A DNA stretch of 64,000 bases from a bacterium (lineage in GTDB: Bacteria; Zhuqueibacterota; Zhuqueibacteria; Residuimicrobiales; Krinioviventaceae), in contig OY843751.1 of assembly GCA_963693055.1 (NCBI GenBank), positions 1,984,001 to 2,048,000 on the forward strand. The letters are read 5' to 3'. Shown piece after piece: positions 50,186-60,060 of this stretch; within the stretch, counting starts at the first letter, position 1, and each line of letters opens with the position of its first letter. Under the pieces are notes generated by a model. That model was not told where the DNA came from. It ran no database searches and saw nothing but the letters and a program-made list of their open reading frames with translations. The translations under genes were made by a program, and so were the position numbers.

Positions 50186-50845
50186 ATGAGCATCATCAAT
50201 GATATGACAAATGATCCAATTAAGCAGGAGATTATGGAACAGCGTGTATATGAAATGTTAATTAATATGCAGCAACGTCGTTCTGTAAGAAAATTTTCCT
50301 CAACGCCAGTACCTGTGAATATTATAAAAAATTGCATTAGGGTTGCTGCATCTGCTCCCAGTGGGGCCAATCAACAACCCTGGCATTTTGTAGTTGTTAC
50401 GGATCCTTTAATAAAGAAACAGATACGAACAGAAGCAGAAAAAATTGAATATGATTTTTATACCCGGACTGCTCCGCAATCATGGTTAGATGCCCTGAAA
50501 CCCTTTGGAACCAATTTTGAAAAGCCCTTTCTTGAGGAAGCCCCTTTTTTAATTATATTATTTATGAAAAAATATGACTTGAAATCTGATGGAACCATTG
50601 TTAGACATTATTACCCTTTAGAATCTGCAAGTATATCTTTGGGTATGCTTTTAACAGCCATTCATACCGCCGGCCTTTCATCACTCGTTTATACACCCGC
50701 CAAAATGGGATTCCTGAAATCCCTTCTTAATCGTCCTGAAAACGAAAAAGCATTATCTATTGTTGTTGCAGGATTTCCGAATCCTGATTTTGATCAACCA
50801 TTAATATCAAAAAAACCATTGAATGAATTTGTAACTTTAATTTAA
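50186..50845 (+). CDS. Nitroreductase family, iodotyrosine deiodinase-like
   Basis: RRSVRKFS, APSGANQQPWHF, EAEKIEYDFY..W...L..FGT...KPFLEEAP. Confidence 0.8.
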   Translation: MSIINDMTNDPIKQEIMEQRVYEMLINMQQRRSVRKFSSTPVPVNIIKNCIRVAASAPSGANQQPWHFVVVTDPLIKKQIRTEAEKIEYDFYTRTAPQSWLDALKPFGTNFEKPFLEEAPFLIILFMKKYDLKSDGTIVRHYYPLESASISLGMLLTAIHTAGLSSLVYTPAKMGFLKSLLNRPENEKALSIVVAGFPNPDFDQPLISKKPLNEFVTLI

Positions 50846-51000
50846 AGTGTTATTTAATATTTTGGAATGGTTTATGCTTATGTTTTTTTACTTGTTTAGG
50901 AGATTTTATAATTCTGCTAGAAAACAAAATAAATAATAATCTTGATCTGCCAATTGTCCATACTAGTGCAGAAAATAGACGTAAAATTATACACAGTAAT

Positions 51001-53289
51001 TTGATGATGGGCAAGTTACTTGGTCTTGAAGTCATTCCATTAAACCTGTATTATCAGGACTGGATATTTAAGGACGATGTACATAAAATTTCCAGTTGTA
51101 TCAATAACCTTACTTTAGATCACAATGAATTTGAGATTGATTATCGTATTATAGCTCATGATGGGAAAATTATACATGTTGTTGAAAAGGGTAATTGTAT
51201 TTTTACTGATGACAATAAACCCGATCATATACAATCTGTTATTCTAGATATCTCTTTTGTTAATAATGATAATTCAGATTTTTATAGCCCCCTTGAATTA
51301 AATAGAAAATTATTATCTCAGGTACTTGAAAGTACTACAATTCCAAAATTTATTATAGATACCAATCACCGGGTATTTTATTGGAATCAACCGTGTGAAA
51401 GACTTACAGGTGTTTCTGCAAATGATATGCTGGGTACCAAAGGCCATTGGAGTCTTTTTTATGGCAAGCATCGACCAGTTTTAATTGATTTAATGTTAAA
51501 AAAAGATCCCAGTAAAGATATTAAAGAGTGGTATGGGGACAAAATAAAACCTTCTTCATTGATGCAGGACGCTTATGAAGGTGAAGATTTTTTCCCAAGA
51601 TTAGGCGAAAATGGGTTATGGCTTCATTTTGTTGCAATGCCTATCAAAGATGAACAAGGTAATATTGTTGGTGCTTTTGAAACTATTCAAGATATGACCG
51701 AACACTATAATAATTTGAACCAGATCAAATTGAGTGAAGAACGTTTTAGATATCTCTTTGAAAATGCAAATGATATAATATATACACATGATTTGTCAGG
51801 TCTACTAACATCGGTTAACCCGCTGGGCGTTGAACTGTTTGGATATAGTTATGATGAGATAATTGGCATGCCTATATCTCAACTAGTAGATGCCTCTTAT
51901 TTAACTGAAGCGAGACAAATGCTGCAGCGAAAAGTAGACGGAGAAATGACAACAGGGCCATATGAATTATTGACTGTTAGTAAAAGTGGTGAAGCAATTT
52001 GGTTGGAAGTTAACTCTCGTTTGCTTAAACAGGATGGACTGCCAAAGGAAATTCAAGGTATTGCAAGAAATATTACAGATAGAAAAAAAAGCGAAATGCT
52101 TTTGCATGTATTAAACCGCGCTTCACATGCAATGATGAAGCAATTAAGCAAAAAAGATATTTTTGATCATCTTACAACATTGTTGTTAGAGATGGGTTAT
52201 AATACAATGTTGTTTAAATGTGATGATGAAGGGAAAAATGCATTTCTTGATTATTATGGTTTTGAAGATAATCGCTTAGTAATGGTTGAATCATTATTAA
52301 AAATTGACGCAAAAAAGTTTCGTCTGTCAATTAATGATGTTTCCATGCTTAACAAAGTTTATTATAATCGAAAAAGTTTATTTTGTGACAATGTATCGGC
52401 CATGTTGAAACAAATGTTACCCAAGAAAATGCATTTATTTATTCCTCAGCTAATAAAATTGATGAAAGTTAACCAGTTTATTGCTGCCCCTGTTATTGTA
52501 AATAATGCTGTTGTAGGTGTTTTTTGTGTGTTAAGTAACGAGTTGTTTAAACAAGATGTGCCGGCAATTTCTGCTTTTGCAAATCAAATGGCCACTGCAC
52601 TGAATAATGCAAGTTTGTATGAAAAAATTCAACAAGAGTTAAATGACAGAATAAAAGCTGAAAAGATTATAGAAGAATCATTAACAGAAAAAGAAGTATT
52701 ATTAAAAGAAATCCATCATCGGGTTAAAAATAATTTACAAATTATACTCAGTCTTTTAAATCTGCAATCCCGAAAATTAACGGACAAGCAATCTCTTGAA
52801 TCATTTCAGGTTGCAAAAAACAGAGTACATTCTCTTGCACTGGTGCATGAACGTTTATATCAAAGCCAGGATTTTGTTAATATTGATTTCCGGGAGTATA
52901 TTATTTCTGTTGTTCAGCATTTGTTTTATTCCTATGAAATTACAGGCAAGATAGAACTTGATGTGAATGTAACGGATATACAGTTAGATATTGATAATGC
53001 CATCCCCTGCGGATTATTAATCAATGAACTGGTTACCAATTCGTTAAAACATGCTTTTCCTGCAGGCAGGAAAGGAAAGATTCAAATCAGTTTAAAGGCG
53101 GATTCATTTGGAACAAAAGAACTTGTTGTATCAGATGATGGTGTTGGCTTTTCTTTAGATCTCGATCATGAAAAATCTGATACATTGGGTATGAATTTAA
53201 TACGCGTATTAACCCGACAGTTAAATGGTAGCTTTGACATTGAAAATGTTGAAGGAACAAGGTTTGTTTGTAACTTTACCGGGGTTTAA
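51001..53289 (+). CDS. PAS/GAF sensor histidine kinase (HisKA_2 type)
   Basis: Multiple PAS/PAC, GAF; LLKEIHHRVKNNLQ, NELVTNSLKHAF, DDGVG; true start may lie upstream. Confidence 0.92.
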   Translation: MMMGKLLGLEVIPLNLYYQDWIFKDDVHKISSCINNLTLDHNEFEIDYRIIAHDGKIIHVVEKGNCIFTDDNKPDHIQSVILDISFVNNDNSDFYSPLELNRKLLSQVLESTTIPKFIIDTNHRVFYWNQPCERLTGVSANDMLGTKGHWSLFYGKHRPVLIDLMLKKDPSKDIKEWYGDKIKPSSLMQDAYEGEDFFPRLGENGLWLHFVAMPIKDEQGNIVGAFETIQDMTEHYNNLNQIKLSEERFRYLFENANDIIYTHDLSGLLTSVNPLGVELFGYSYDEIIGMPISQLVDASYLTEARQMLQRKVDGEMTTGPYELLTVSKSGEAIWLEVNSRLLKQDGLPKEIQGIARNITDRKKSEMLLHVLNRASHAMMKQLSKKDIFDHLTTLLLEMGYNTMLFKCDDEGKNAFLDYYGFEDNRLVMVESLLKIDAKKFRLSINDVSMLNKVYYNRKSLFCDNVSAMLKQMLPKKMHLFIPQLIKLMKVNQFIAAPVIVNNAVVGVFCVLSNELFKQDVPAISAFANQMATALNNASLYEKIQQELNDRIKAEKIIEESLTEKEVLLKEIHHRVKNNLQIILSLLNLQSRKLTDKQSLESFQVAKNRVHSLALVHERLYQSQDFVNIDFREYIISVVQHLFYSYEITGKIELDVNVTDIQLDIDNAIPCGLLINELVTNSLKHAFPAGRKGKIQISLKADSFGTKELVVSDDGVGFSLDLDHEKSDTLGMNLIRVLTRQLNGSFDIENVEGTRFVCNFTGV

Positions 53290-53363
53290 GGTTTTTTAAT
53301 TTATGGAACTTTTTGCGTTTTTTATTTGTTATTATATATAATTACCAAATTAAGGGGATTAAT

Positions 53364-53888
53364 ATGAAACGCATTCTTGCCGTATTGTTTTTAATTATAG
53401 CAGCATGTTCTACAAGTAAATCACCGACTGAACCCGTTGATTCTGATACTTTTGCAATTTACTTGACAAAAGACTCCCTGACTATATCTCAGGCCCTTGA
53501 ACGTGGAATTGAAAACATTCAATTAGCAGAACAGCCTTTATTAACAATCAATGATATTCAACACTATGATTTTGATAATCATTATATTGTTCTAAAAGAA
53601 AACAGAAAACCCGATTTTTTTGATCTTTCAATGAAATCAGAGGCCCAATTTTATAACAAGGCATTTGTAGTTGTTGCCTTTGATGAACCGGTATATATTG
53701 GCGGGTTCTATGCTTATGTCATGTCATATTTCCCTTCTTGTCCTACCATTACTATTGGAATTGGAACTGATAATGATATTGCTAAAAACGCCTTTCGCAT
53801 ACAAAAACAAAGTTTTGATAATGGCCCGGATGAAAGAAATGACGAACGTATTCGCAAGGCCTTGTTGGTTTCTGGTCTTTTTGAATAG
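53364..53888 (+). CDS. Lipoprotein of unknown function
   Basis: MKRILAVLFLIIAAC lipobox; AAGGGG SD. Confidence 0.75.
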   Translation: MKRILAVLFLIIAACSTSKSPTEPVDSDTFAIYLTKDSLTISQALERGIENIQLAEQPLLTINDIQHYDFDNHYIVLKENRKPDFFDLSMKSEAQFYNKAFVVVAFDEPVYIGGFYAYVMSYFPSCPTITIGIGTDNDIAKNAFRIQKQSFDNGPDERNDERIRKALLVSGLFE

Positions 53889-53926
53889 TTTTTCAGTATA
53901 TCGCATAACCATAAAGGGGATTAACC

Positions 53927-54577
53927 GTGTTTAAAAAGATAATGTTATTTGTATTGTTGTTGATTTCTGGTTTCCAGTGTACAACCAATAAGGATCCGTT
54001 CAGCTCTAATATTGCAGAACCGGACACAGTCATTGACCGTAAACCCAATATTTATATCTATCCTCCAAGTGCTTGTGATATGACGTTGGCATTGTCCTTT
54101 CCCAAAGGGGGGCGTGTTACTGTTTCTGATCCTCCATACATAAATGGATGGTCATTTCATGTTGAGCCTTCGGGTTTGATTGATAACCAATATCGCTATC
54201 TGTATTATGAATCTGCTATTCCTGCAATAACTCAACCTGATGGATGGATTGTCAAGCGTTCATCTTTGAACGATTTTTTTGTGCAAAACATGCAGGCCTA
54301 TGGTTTTAATTCAACAGAGATAAAAGATTTTTTAGATTATTGGATTCCTCTGCTCAATGATCATTCTTATTATAAAATATGTCCGGTCTATACTGATCTG
54401 ATCGAACAGTATGTCAAATTTGAATTGTCAGTCATCCCCAACAGTGTGCTTCGTGTTGTTTACTTGATAGAAGGATTAAACGAAAACGAGCTGGTTAAGA
54501 TTCAAGAACCCGTAATTCCACTGTTTACGAGAAGCGGCTTTACTATAGTGGAATGGGGTGTGATTTATTCCGATTAA
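53927..54577 (+). CDS. Lipoprotein, KPxIYxYP...EWG family (paralog 1)
   Basis: GFQC; KPNIYIYP, YLYYE, DFLDYW, VEWGV. Confidence 0.8.
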   Translation: MFKKIMLFVLLLISGFQCTTNKDPFSSNIAEPDTVIDRKPNIYIYPPSACDMTLALSFPKGGRVTVSDPPYINGWSFHVEPSGLIDNQYRYLYYESAIPAITQPDGWIVKRSSLNDFFVQNMQAYGFNSTEIKDFLDYWIPLLNDHSYYKICPVYTDLIEQYVKFELSVIPNSVLRVVYLIEGLNENELVKIQEPVIPLFTRSGFTIVEWGVIYSD

Positions 54578-54592
54578 CCATTAGGGGGATTT

Positions 54593-55237
54593 ATGATGAA
54601 AAAGAACATGTTGTTGATCTTGATTCTATTTTCAGGATTTCAATGTACAACCAACAAAGATCCGGTTAGCACAAATACAACAGATACCGATACGCTCAAG
54701 GTTTATAAACCCAATATTTATCTGTATCCTCAAACTATTACAGATGTTTCCGTAAAACTGAATTTTCCCATGGGTGGCAGGGTTACTGTCTCAGTGCCTG
54801 AATATAATCAAGGTTGGGACGTAACTATATCATCTGATGGTATGATTGATGGTACATATGGGTATCTATTTTACGAATGTAATTTACCGTATTTTTCTGT
54901 TGAACAAAAATGGATTGTCTCTCATGATAGTTTAGAATCCTTTTTTGTTGATAATATGACAGCTTTTGGATTCAATGATTCTGAGATTCATGATTTTACT
55001 GTCTATTGGATGACTCGACTGCCTGAATATGATTACTATAAAATTTCCCCTCTTATGTCTCCCGAATTAGATTCTTATGTAGAGTTACAAATAGTGCCCG
55101 AACCGGATTCTGTATTACGACTGTTTTATGTAATTGCCCCAGCTTTAGAATTCTCAGAATCTGATCAAATTCAGATTCCACAATTTACAAGGGCAGGATT
55201 CTCAGTAGCCGAGTGGGGTGTAATTTTAATGCAGTAA
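54593..55237 (+). CDS. Lipoprotein, KPxIYxYP...EWG family (paralog 2)
   Basis: GFQC; KPNIYLYP, YLFYE, AEWGV. Confidence 0.8.
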   Translation: MMKKNMLLILILFSGFQCTTNKDPVSTNTTDTDTLKVYKPNIYLYPQTITDVSVKLNFPMGGRVTVSVPEYNQGWDVTISSDGMIDGTYGYLFYECNLPYFSVEQKWIVSHDSLESFFVDNMTAFGFNDSEIHDFTVYWMTRLPEYDYYKISPLMSPELDSYVELQIVPEPDSVLRLFYVIAPALEFSESDQIQIPQFTRAGFSVAEWGVILMQ

Positions 55238-55346
55238 TATTCTGACAATTTTTTTAATGCTTCGAAATAATCCCCGAATATGAAATATTTAATTGTCATT
55301 TCACTGTTAATATTTGTAAATCACCTTAATTTTAGAGGAGGAAGAT

Positions 55347-55709
55347 ATGCGCCCACATATCGATCAAACTTCTTTTGGGTGGATTACTATCGAAGGGGAA
55401 GCTTTTAATCATGATATTAATATCAACTTACATGGACATGTGCTGAAAAGGAAAAAGCGTCTTTCAAAAGAAATTTATGGTACTTCTCATAATATATCCA
55501 AACCCGAAGCAGAAGCAATGTATGAATATGGTGCCGAGTCAGTAATTATTGGCTGCGGACAATATGGACTTGCAAAATTATCTGATGAAGCAGATCAGTT
55601 TTTTAAAGAACAACATTGTAACGTTAGTATTCTCCCTACACCTCAGGCCGTCAAAGTTTGGAATGATATACACGGAAGAGTAATTGGTATGTTTCACGTT
55701 ACATGTTGA
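55347..55709 (+). CDS. Mth938-like (DUF498) domain protein
   Basis: FGWITIEG, VIIGCGQYG, LPTPQAV, FHVTC; GAGGAGG SD. Confidence 0.88.
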   Translation: MRPHIDQTSFGWITIEGEAFNHDININLHGHVLKRKKRLSKEIYGTSHNISKPEAEAMYEYGAESVIIGCGQYGLAKLSDEADQFFKEQHCNVSILPTPQAVKVWNDIHGRVIGMFHVTC

Positions 55710-55795
55710 AAGGGTGTAACGAATAGATGGATTTTAAAATATCTTGTACCTTTAAAACGTTTTGTGCTATACAATATGTTAAATAAAGGTGCGTG

Positions 55796-56080
55796 ATGAA
55801 TTATTATTTTCGTCTTTTCTTGTTCTTGCCTGCTTTGAATAATCTACAACTTGCTTTTCCTGATACCATTCAGGATTCTACACCCCATATTTTTTGATTT
55901 ACAATCGCTATAATTCATGATGGTACGGCTTTGTGGATGACAGATGACAAAGCCAATGTATTGGCATGTATTGATCTTACAAATGGTGAGGTAGTATGTG
56001 CCATTTAAGGTTACGGATACTTTCCTGTCGGAACCGAGTGAGCATTATGTATTTGTAGTCTGTTGATTCGTTACAGATAA
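55796..56080 (+). pseudogene. Decayed N-terminal fragment of an exported beta-propeller protein
   Basis: MNYYFRLFLFLPALNNLQLAFP..F*FTIAIIHDGTALWMTDDKANVLACIDLTNGEVVCAI*GYGYFPVG with several in-frame stops. Confidence 0.5.
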
Positions 56081-56322
56081 AGTATTTCTATTTGATCTCT
56101 CACAAAATCCATTTAGAAAGAGTTTTGGTGTGGGAACAGGTAGAATCATAGCGATGCATTGGGATACTTGAAATTTAAAACAAATTAAGATTAAAAAAAA
56201 GTATGGCTTTTTGTCATTAAACTCGTTATTTTTTAGCTGGTAACTGGTTAATATCCGGATGCTTGTTCCTTGGGTTCATATTACAACCATTATCCAATCC
56301 AATAAATCCTTTAGGAGGGAAA

Positions 56323-58053
56323 ATGTTAGAGTATACAGAGAGAATCGATCCGTTTACCGGAGAGATGTATGTGCAGGTACCATTCAAGGGCTTATTTTTA
56401 ACTGAACATCCTATCTATAACAAAGGTACTGCATTTCCGGAAAATGAGCGCTATTCTCTGGGACTGTGTGGCTTGCTGCCGGATGGTGTGTCTTCATTAG
56501 AATTGCAAAAGCAGCGTACCTATGCTAATTTTTGCACAAAACCGGACGCCCTGGAAAAATATATTTATATGATATCGCTTCAGGACAGAAACGAAACTTT
56601 ATTTTACAGTCTGCTATTAGACCATCTCGAAGAAATGCTGCCTATTGTATACACGCCGACTGTTGGTCAGGCTTGTCAAAGATTCAGCCATTTGTACAGA
56701 AGACGTAGAGGCATTTATGTGTCTGTGCATAACATTCACCATGTAGACGAGATCTTGAAAAATGCTTCATTTAGCAATATTTCTCTGATTGTTGCAACTG
56801 ACGGAGAACGCATTCTTGGTTTGGGTGATCAGGGAGCCGGCGGTATGGGAATTCCTATAGGCAAGATCAGTCTTTATATTGCCGCGGCGGGTTTACACCC
56901 GGCGTATACACTGCCGGTAATGCTGGATGTGGGCACCAATAACGAAACATTACTGGAAGATCCGCTTTATATCGGTGTGAGACAAAAACGTTTGACCGGT
57001 GATGCCTATGACGCATTTATAGAACAATTTGTCGCCGCTGTGCGCAGACGTTTTCCGCGTGCCCTTTTGCAATGGGAAGATATTGGTAAAAATAATGCGT
57101 TCCGCGTACTGGACCGCTACCAGGAGCGTATTACATCTTTTAATGATGATATTCAGGGAACCGGATCTGTCGCATTGAGTGTTTTTCTGTCAGCAATGAA
57201 AATTAAAAAGCAAAAACTAGGTGATCAAAAAATTGTTATTTTTGGACAGGGACAAGCAGGGCTGGGCATAGCCCGACAACTTGTTGCCGGAATGATAGCT
57301 GAAGGCTTGAGTGAGCAGGAAGCCAGAGACAGGATATTTGGTATAGATAAAGACGGTCTTTTGGTTGAGGGGATGGAAGTTACAGCAGAACAGGAATTCC
57401 TGTTAAAATCCCGAGCAATGGTTGGAGAATGGAAACTTTTAAATCCCAATAAAATTACCTTGTTAGACACAATCAAGAATACAGGTGCCACTGCATTAAT
57501 TGGTGTTACCGGACAAACCGGTGCGTTTGATGAAACGATTTTAAAACAATTGTCTGAAAATTCTGATCTGCCTTTGATCATGCCCTTGTCTAATCCCACT
57601 GCCAAAACTGAATGCGTGCCCGAGACTGCCATTAAAGCCACGTATGGTAATTGTTTGATCGCTACCGGCAGTCCGTTTGCTCCCGTAGAGTATAATGGTA
57701 AATCGCATATAGTTTCGCAGTGTAATAATCTGTATATCTTTCCGGGAGTAGGACTCGGTGCGCTGGTTTCAGGTACTCCCAAAGTCACAAACGAGATGTT
57801 TATTGCAGCATCCCGTGCGTTGAGCGATATGCTTACCCAAGCTGAACTGGATTCCGGCAGACTGCTGCCGCAAATCGACCAGATACGTCAGGTATCAGAA
57901 AATGTGGCAGTCGCAGTTGCGGTTGAAGCGCGGGACAGTGAACTCGGTCTGCGCAAAGATGAAGACGAACTCCGTAAAATGGTTAAACAGGCCATGTGGC
58001 AGCCGCAGTATTTGCCATACCGTTATAAAAGACAAGATGGTGAATTGTACTAG
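56323..58053 (+). CDS. maeA: NAD-dependent malic enzyme
   Basis: YNKGTAF, PIVYTPTVG, TDGERILGLGDQG, QWED, FNDDIQGTG, PLSNPT, QCNNLYIFPG; AGGAGG SD. Confidence 0.95.
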   Translation: MLEYTERIDPFTGEMYVQVPFKGLFLTEHPIYNKGTAFPENERYSLGLCGLLPDGVSSLELQKQRTYANFCTKPDALEKYIYMISLQDRNETLFYSLLLDHLEEMLPIVYTPTVGQACQRFSHLYRRRRGIYVSVHNIHHVDEILKNASFSNISLIVATDGERILGLGDQGAGGMGIPIGKISLYIAAAGLHPAYTLPVMLDVGTNNETLLEDPLYIGVRQKRLTGDAYDAFIEQFVAAVRRRFPRALLQWEDIGKNNAFRVLDRYQERITSFNDDIQGTGSVALSVFLSAMKIKKQKLGDQKIVIFGQGQAGLGIARQLVAGMIAEGLSEQEARDRIFGIDKDGLLVEGMEVTAEQEFLLKSRAMVGEWKLLNPNKITLLDTIKNTGATALIGVTGQTGAFDETILKQLSENSDLPLIMPLSNPTAKTECVPETAIKATYGNCLIATGSPFAPVEYNGKSHIVSQCNNLYIFPGVGLGALVSGTPKVTNEMFIAASRALSDMLTQAELDSGRLLPQIDQIRQVSENVAVAVAVEARDSELGLRKDEDELRKMVKQAMWQPQYLPYRYKRQDGELY

Positions 58054-58088
58054 AGATTAAAATCCATACAAAATGTAATAGGAATAGA

Positions 58089-58120
58089 TATTAGCCTGGC
58101 ATAAAAGTGCCAGGCTAATA
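58089..58120. terminator. Perfect 13-bp hairpin after the malic enzyme gene
   Basis: tattagcctggca-taaaag-tgccaggctaata. Confidence 0.65.
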
Positions 58121-58254
58121 CTGAGCCAATTGAGGGATTTTTTATCATTAACAAGAATGTTAAAATCAGAGTCTGGGTTTTCATTGCGTTCATTTGTATT
58201 GGCCCATATTTATCCAGACGCAGTCTTTATCTTGCCAATGTATCAAATTATCAT

Positions 58255-58572
58255 GTGTCTGAATATTCTAAATCTAAAATAAAAAGTGCAGCTTTCAGGC
58301 CCAATCGATTTGTGAATGTTTCAGAATTAGATATTCAACAGAGATTTAAACTTTGTGATTCTATTGATATTATTGATAATATTCAATATGATAAAATTGG
58401 GTTTTATACTCCTTATTTTCAAACTGAAATTATTCAAATTGGAATGTATGCAAAATTGGAAAATATAACAATTGCCGGCGAAGAAAGTGTGAGTTGGGAA
58501 GAACATTATATATGGACCCCCTGGAAATGGTATAATTTACGTTTCTTTTCAAGAATGACAGGGTGTGCATAG
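58255..58572 (+). CDS. Hypothetical protein (frame open upstream to about 58105)
   Basis: 105-aa ORF; the upstream in-frame extension encodes a signal-anchor-like stretch. Confidence 0.45.
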   Translation: MSEYSKSKIKSAAFRPNRFVNVSELDIQQRFKLCDSIDIIDNIQYDKIGFYTPYFQTEIIQIGMYAKLENITIAGEESVSWEEHYIWTPWKWYNLRFFSRMTGCA

Positions 58573-58622
58573 AGCTAATTCATAGTTGGCAATATTCATA
58601 AATTACTAACCAGGAAAACAAG

Positions 58623-60044
58623 ATGGAACGCAGAGAATTCTTTTCATCTGGATTGTTAATGGGAATAGGAACCTTGCCGGCAAGTTACGGGATCGCAGGA
58701 GAGGTTAAGTCCTCTACAAATGAGCTGTTGGATGTAATACTTACCATGCCTAATTTTTGTAGTCACGAGCATTGGGGCAGTGTTGCATCCATCGGTAATA
58801 ACAAAAATGGATATCTTGCCGATTTCAAACCCGGTGCGTTACCTTCAAAAAAGACAAACCTGGTTGATCTGATTATCGATCCCTATATGACTGGGAATTT
58901 GCACAACAATGGTATTTCTCCGGATAAAATTGTACTGGATAATGGGACCAAAGCTGATATCTTTCCACTGGCGCAAAAGAATAGTGCCGGGTGTGTACCC
59001 TTGCTCCGAAAAATCCTTGCTCCACAACAGTTCACCGGTATTTATATGTGCTTGCGGGAGGGAGTACGGTTTGCTTATGATATGGATATCCATGAAATGG
59101 ATGCTGACCTGTTTCGTCAAACCAGTCAAACTGTTGCCGCAAATTATGCCGATTTGTTCGGTTGGTACAAGAGACTTATGGAAAAAGCACATTTTACCCG
59201 GCTGATACGTCCTGTTCATCCCGAGTTTTATTTTTCAACCAATACTATGCAGGCTGCCGCAGAAATGGCCTTTACCGATACGGTTTTGCGTATTGATCCG
59301 TTATTAGACATGTATAAAGATTCTGAAAGAAGGCAAAATCTAACCCGGTTAACCGGAGTAGAGCCTGTGGATGCGGCATCATGGCGGTTGTTTCTTGAAA
59401 AGATATTTCAAGCGGCAAGCGATAGAGAGGCTGTAGGCATCAAACAGCTGCAGGCTTATCGTCGCGATCTGGATTTTGCAGTACATGAGGACTCTGATAT
59501 AAAGTTTGATGGTGCCTCAACAAAAGAAGAAAAAATCTTTTTTAAAGACTGGGTTGTAAATGAATGTTGCAAACTGGCAGATGATTTGAACTGGCCGCAT
59601 CAGGTGCATGTGGGTACCGACAATATGCCCCATTCAAACCCGTTACCATTGGCTGCATTGGCCCGCAGATATAGAAATCAAAAGATTGTCATGCTCCATT
59701 GCTGGCCGTTTTTACAGGAATCCGCGTATCTTGCCAAGAAGCACCCCAATATCTATATCGACATTTGTTGGCAGCCCATTCTGAATCCCGAGTTTCTGGT
59801 ACAGTCACTCGGACTCTGGTTGAACTATGTTCCCCTGAACAAGATCACCATGGGCAATGACGCCACATCCATCGAAATGGCGGTAGGATCGTCAATACTT
59901 GCAAAGCATATACTCGCTTCTGTGCTGGACCGTTTTGGCGCAAATAGCAATATTGAGAAAAATCAACTATTACAAACAGCGCTTGATTTTCTACACAACA
60001 ATGCGGTACATATTTATAAAGTCGGTAATGTTAAATTTATTTAG
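58623..60044 (+). CDS. Amidohydrolase family protein with Tat-like signal
   Basis: ERREFF; CSHEH, QVHVG, MLHCWPF, NIYIDICW, MGND. Confidence 0.85.
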   Translation: MERREFFSSGLLMGIGTLPASYGIAGEVKSSTNELLDVILTMPNFCSHEHWGSVASIGNNKNGYLADFKPGALPSKKTNLVDLIIDPYMTGNLHNNGISPDKIVLDNGTKADIFPLAQKNSAGCVPLLRKILAPQQFTGIYMCLREGVRFAYDMDIHEMDADLFRQTSQTVAANYADLFGWYKRLMEKAHFTRLIRPVHPEFYFSTNTMQAAAEMAFTDTVLRIDPLLDMYKDSERRQNLTRLTGVEPVDAASWRLFLEKIFQAASDREAVGIKQLQAYRRDLDFAVHEDSDIKFDGASTKEEKIFFKDWVVNECCKLADDLNWPHQVHVGTDNMPHSNPLPLAALARRYRNQKIVMLHCWPFLQESAYLAKKHPNIYIDICWQPILNPEFLVQSLGLWLNYVPLNKITMGNDATSIEMAVGSSILAKHILASVLDRFGANSNIEKNQLLQTALDFLHNNAVHIYKVGNVKFI

Positions 60045-60060
60045 ATTTCTGGTTCTCAAC

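Noticed and set aside
55796-56080. Selenocysteine read-through of TGA codons
   Set aside because: TAA stops are also present in frame and the TGAs are not at Cys-like positions; simple decay is more likely.
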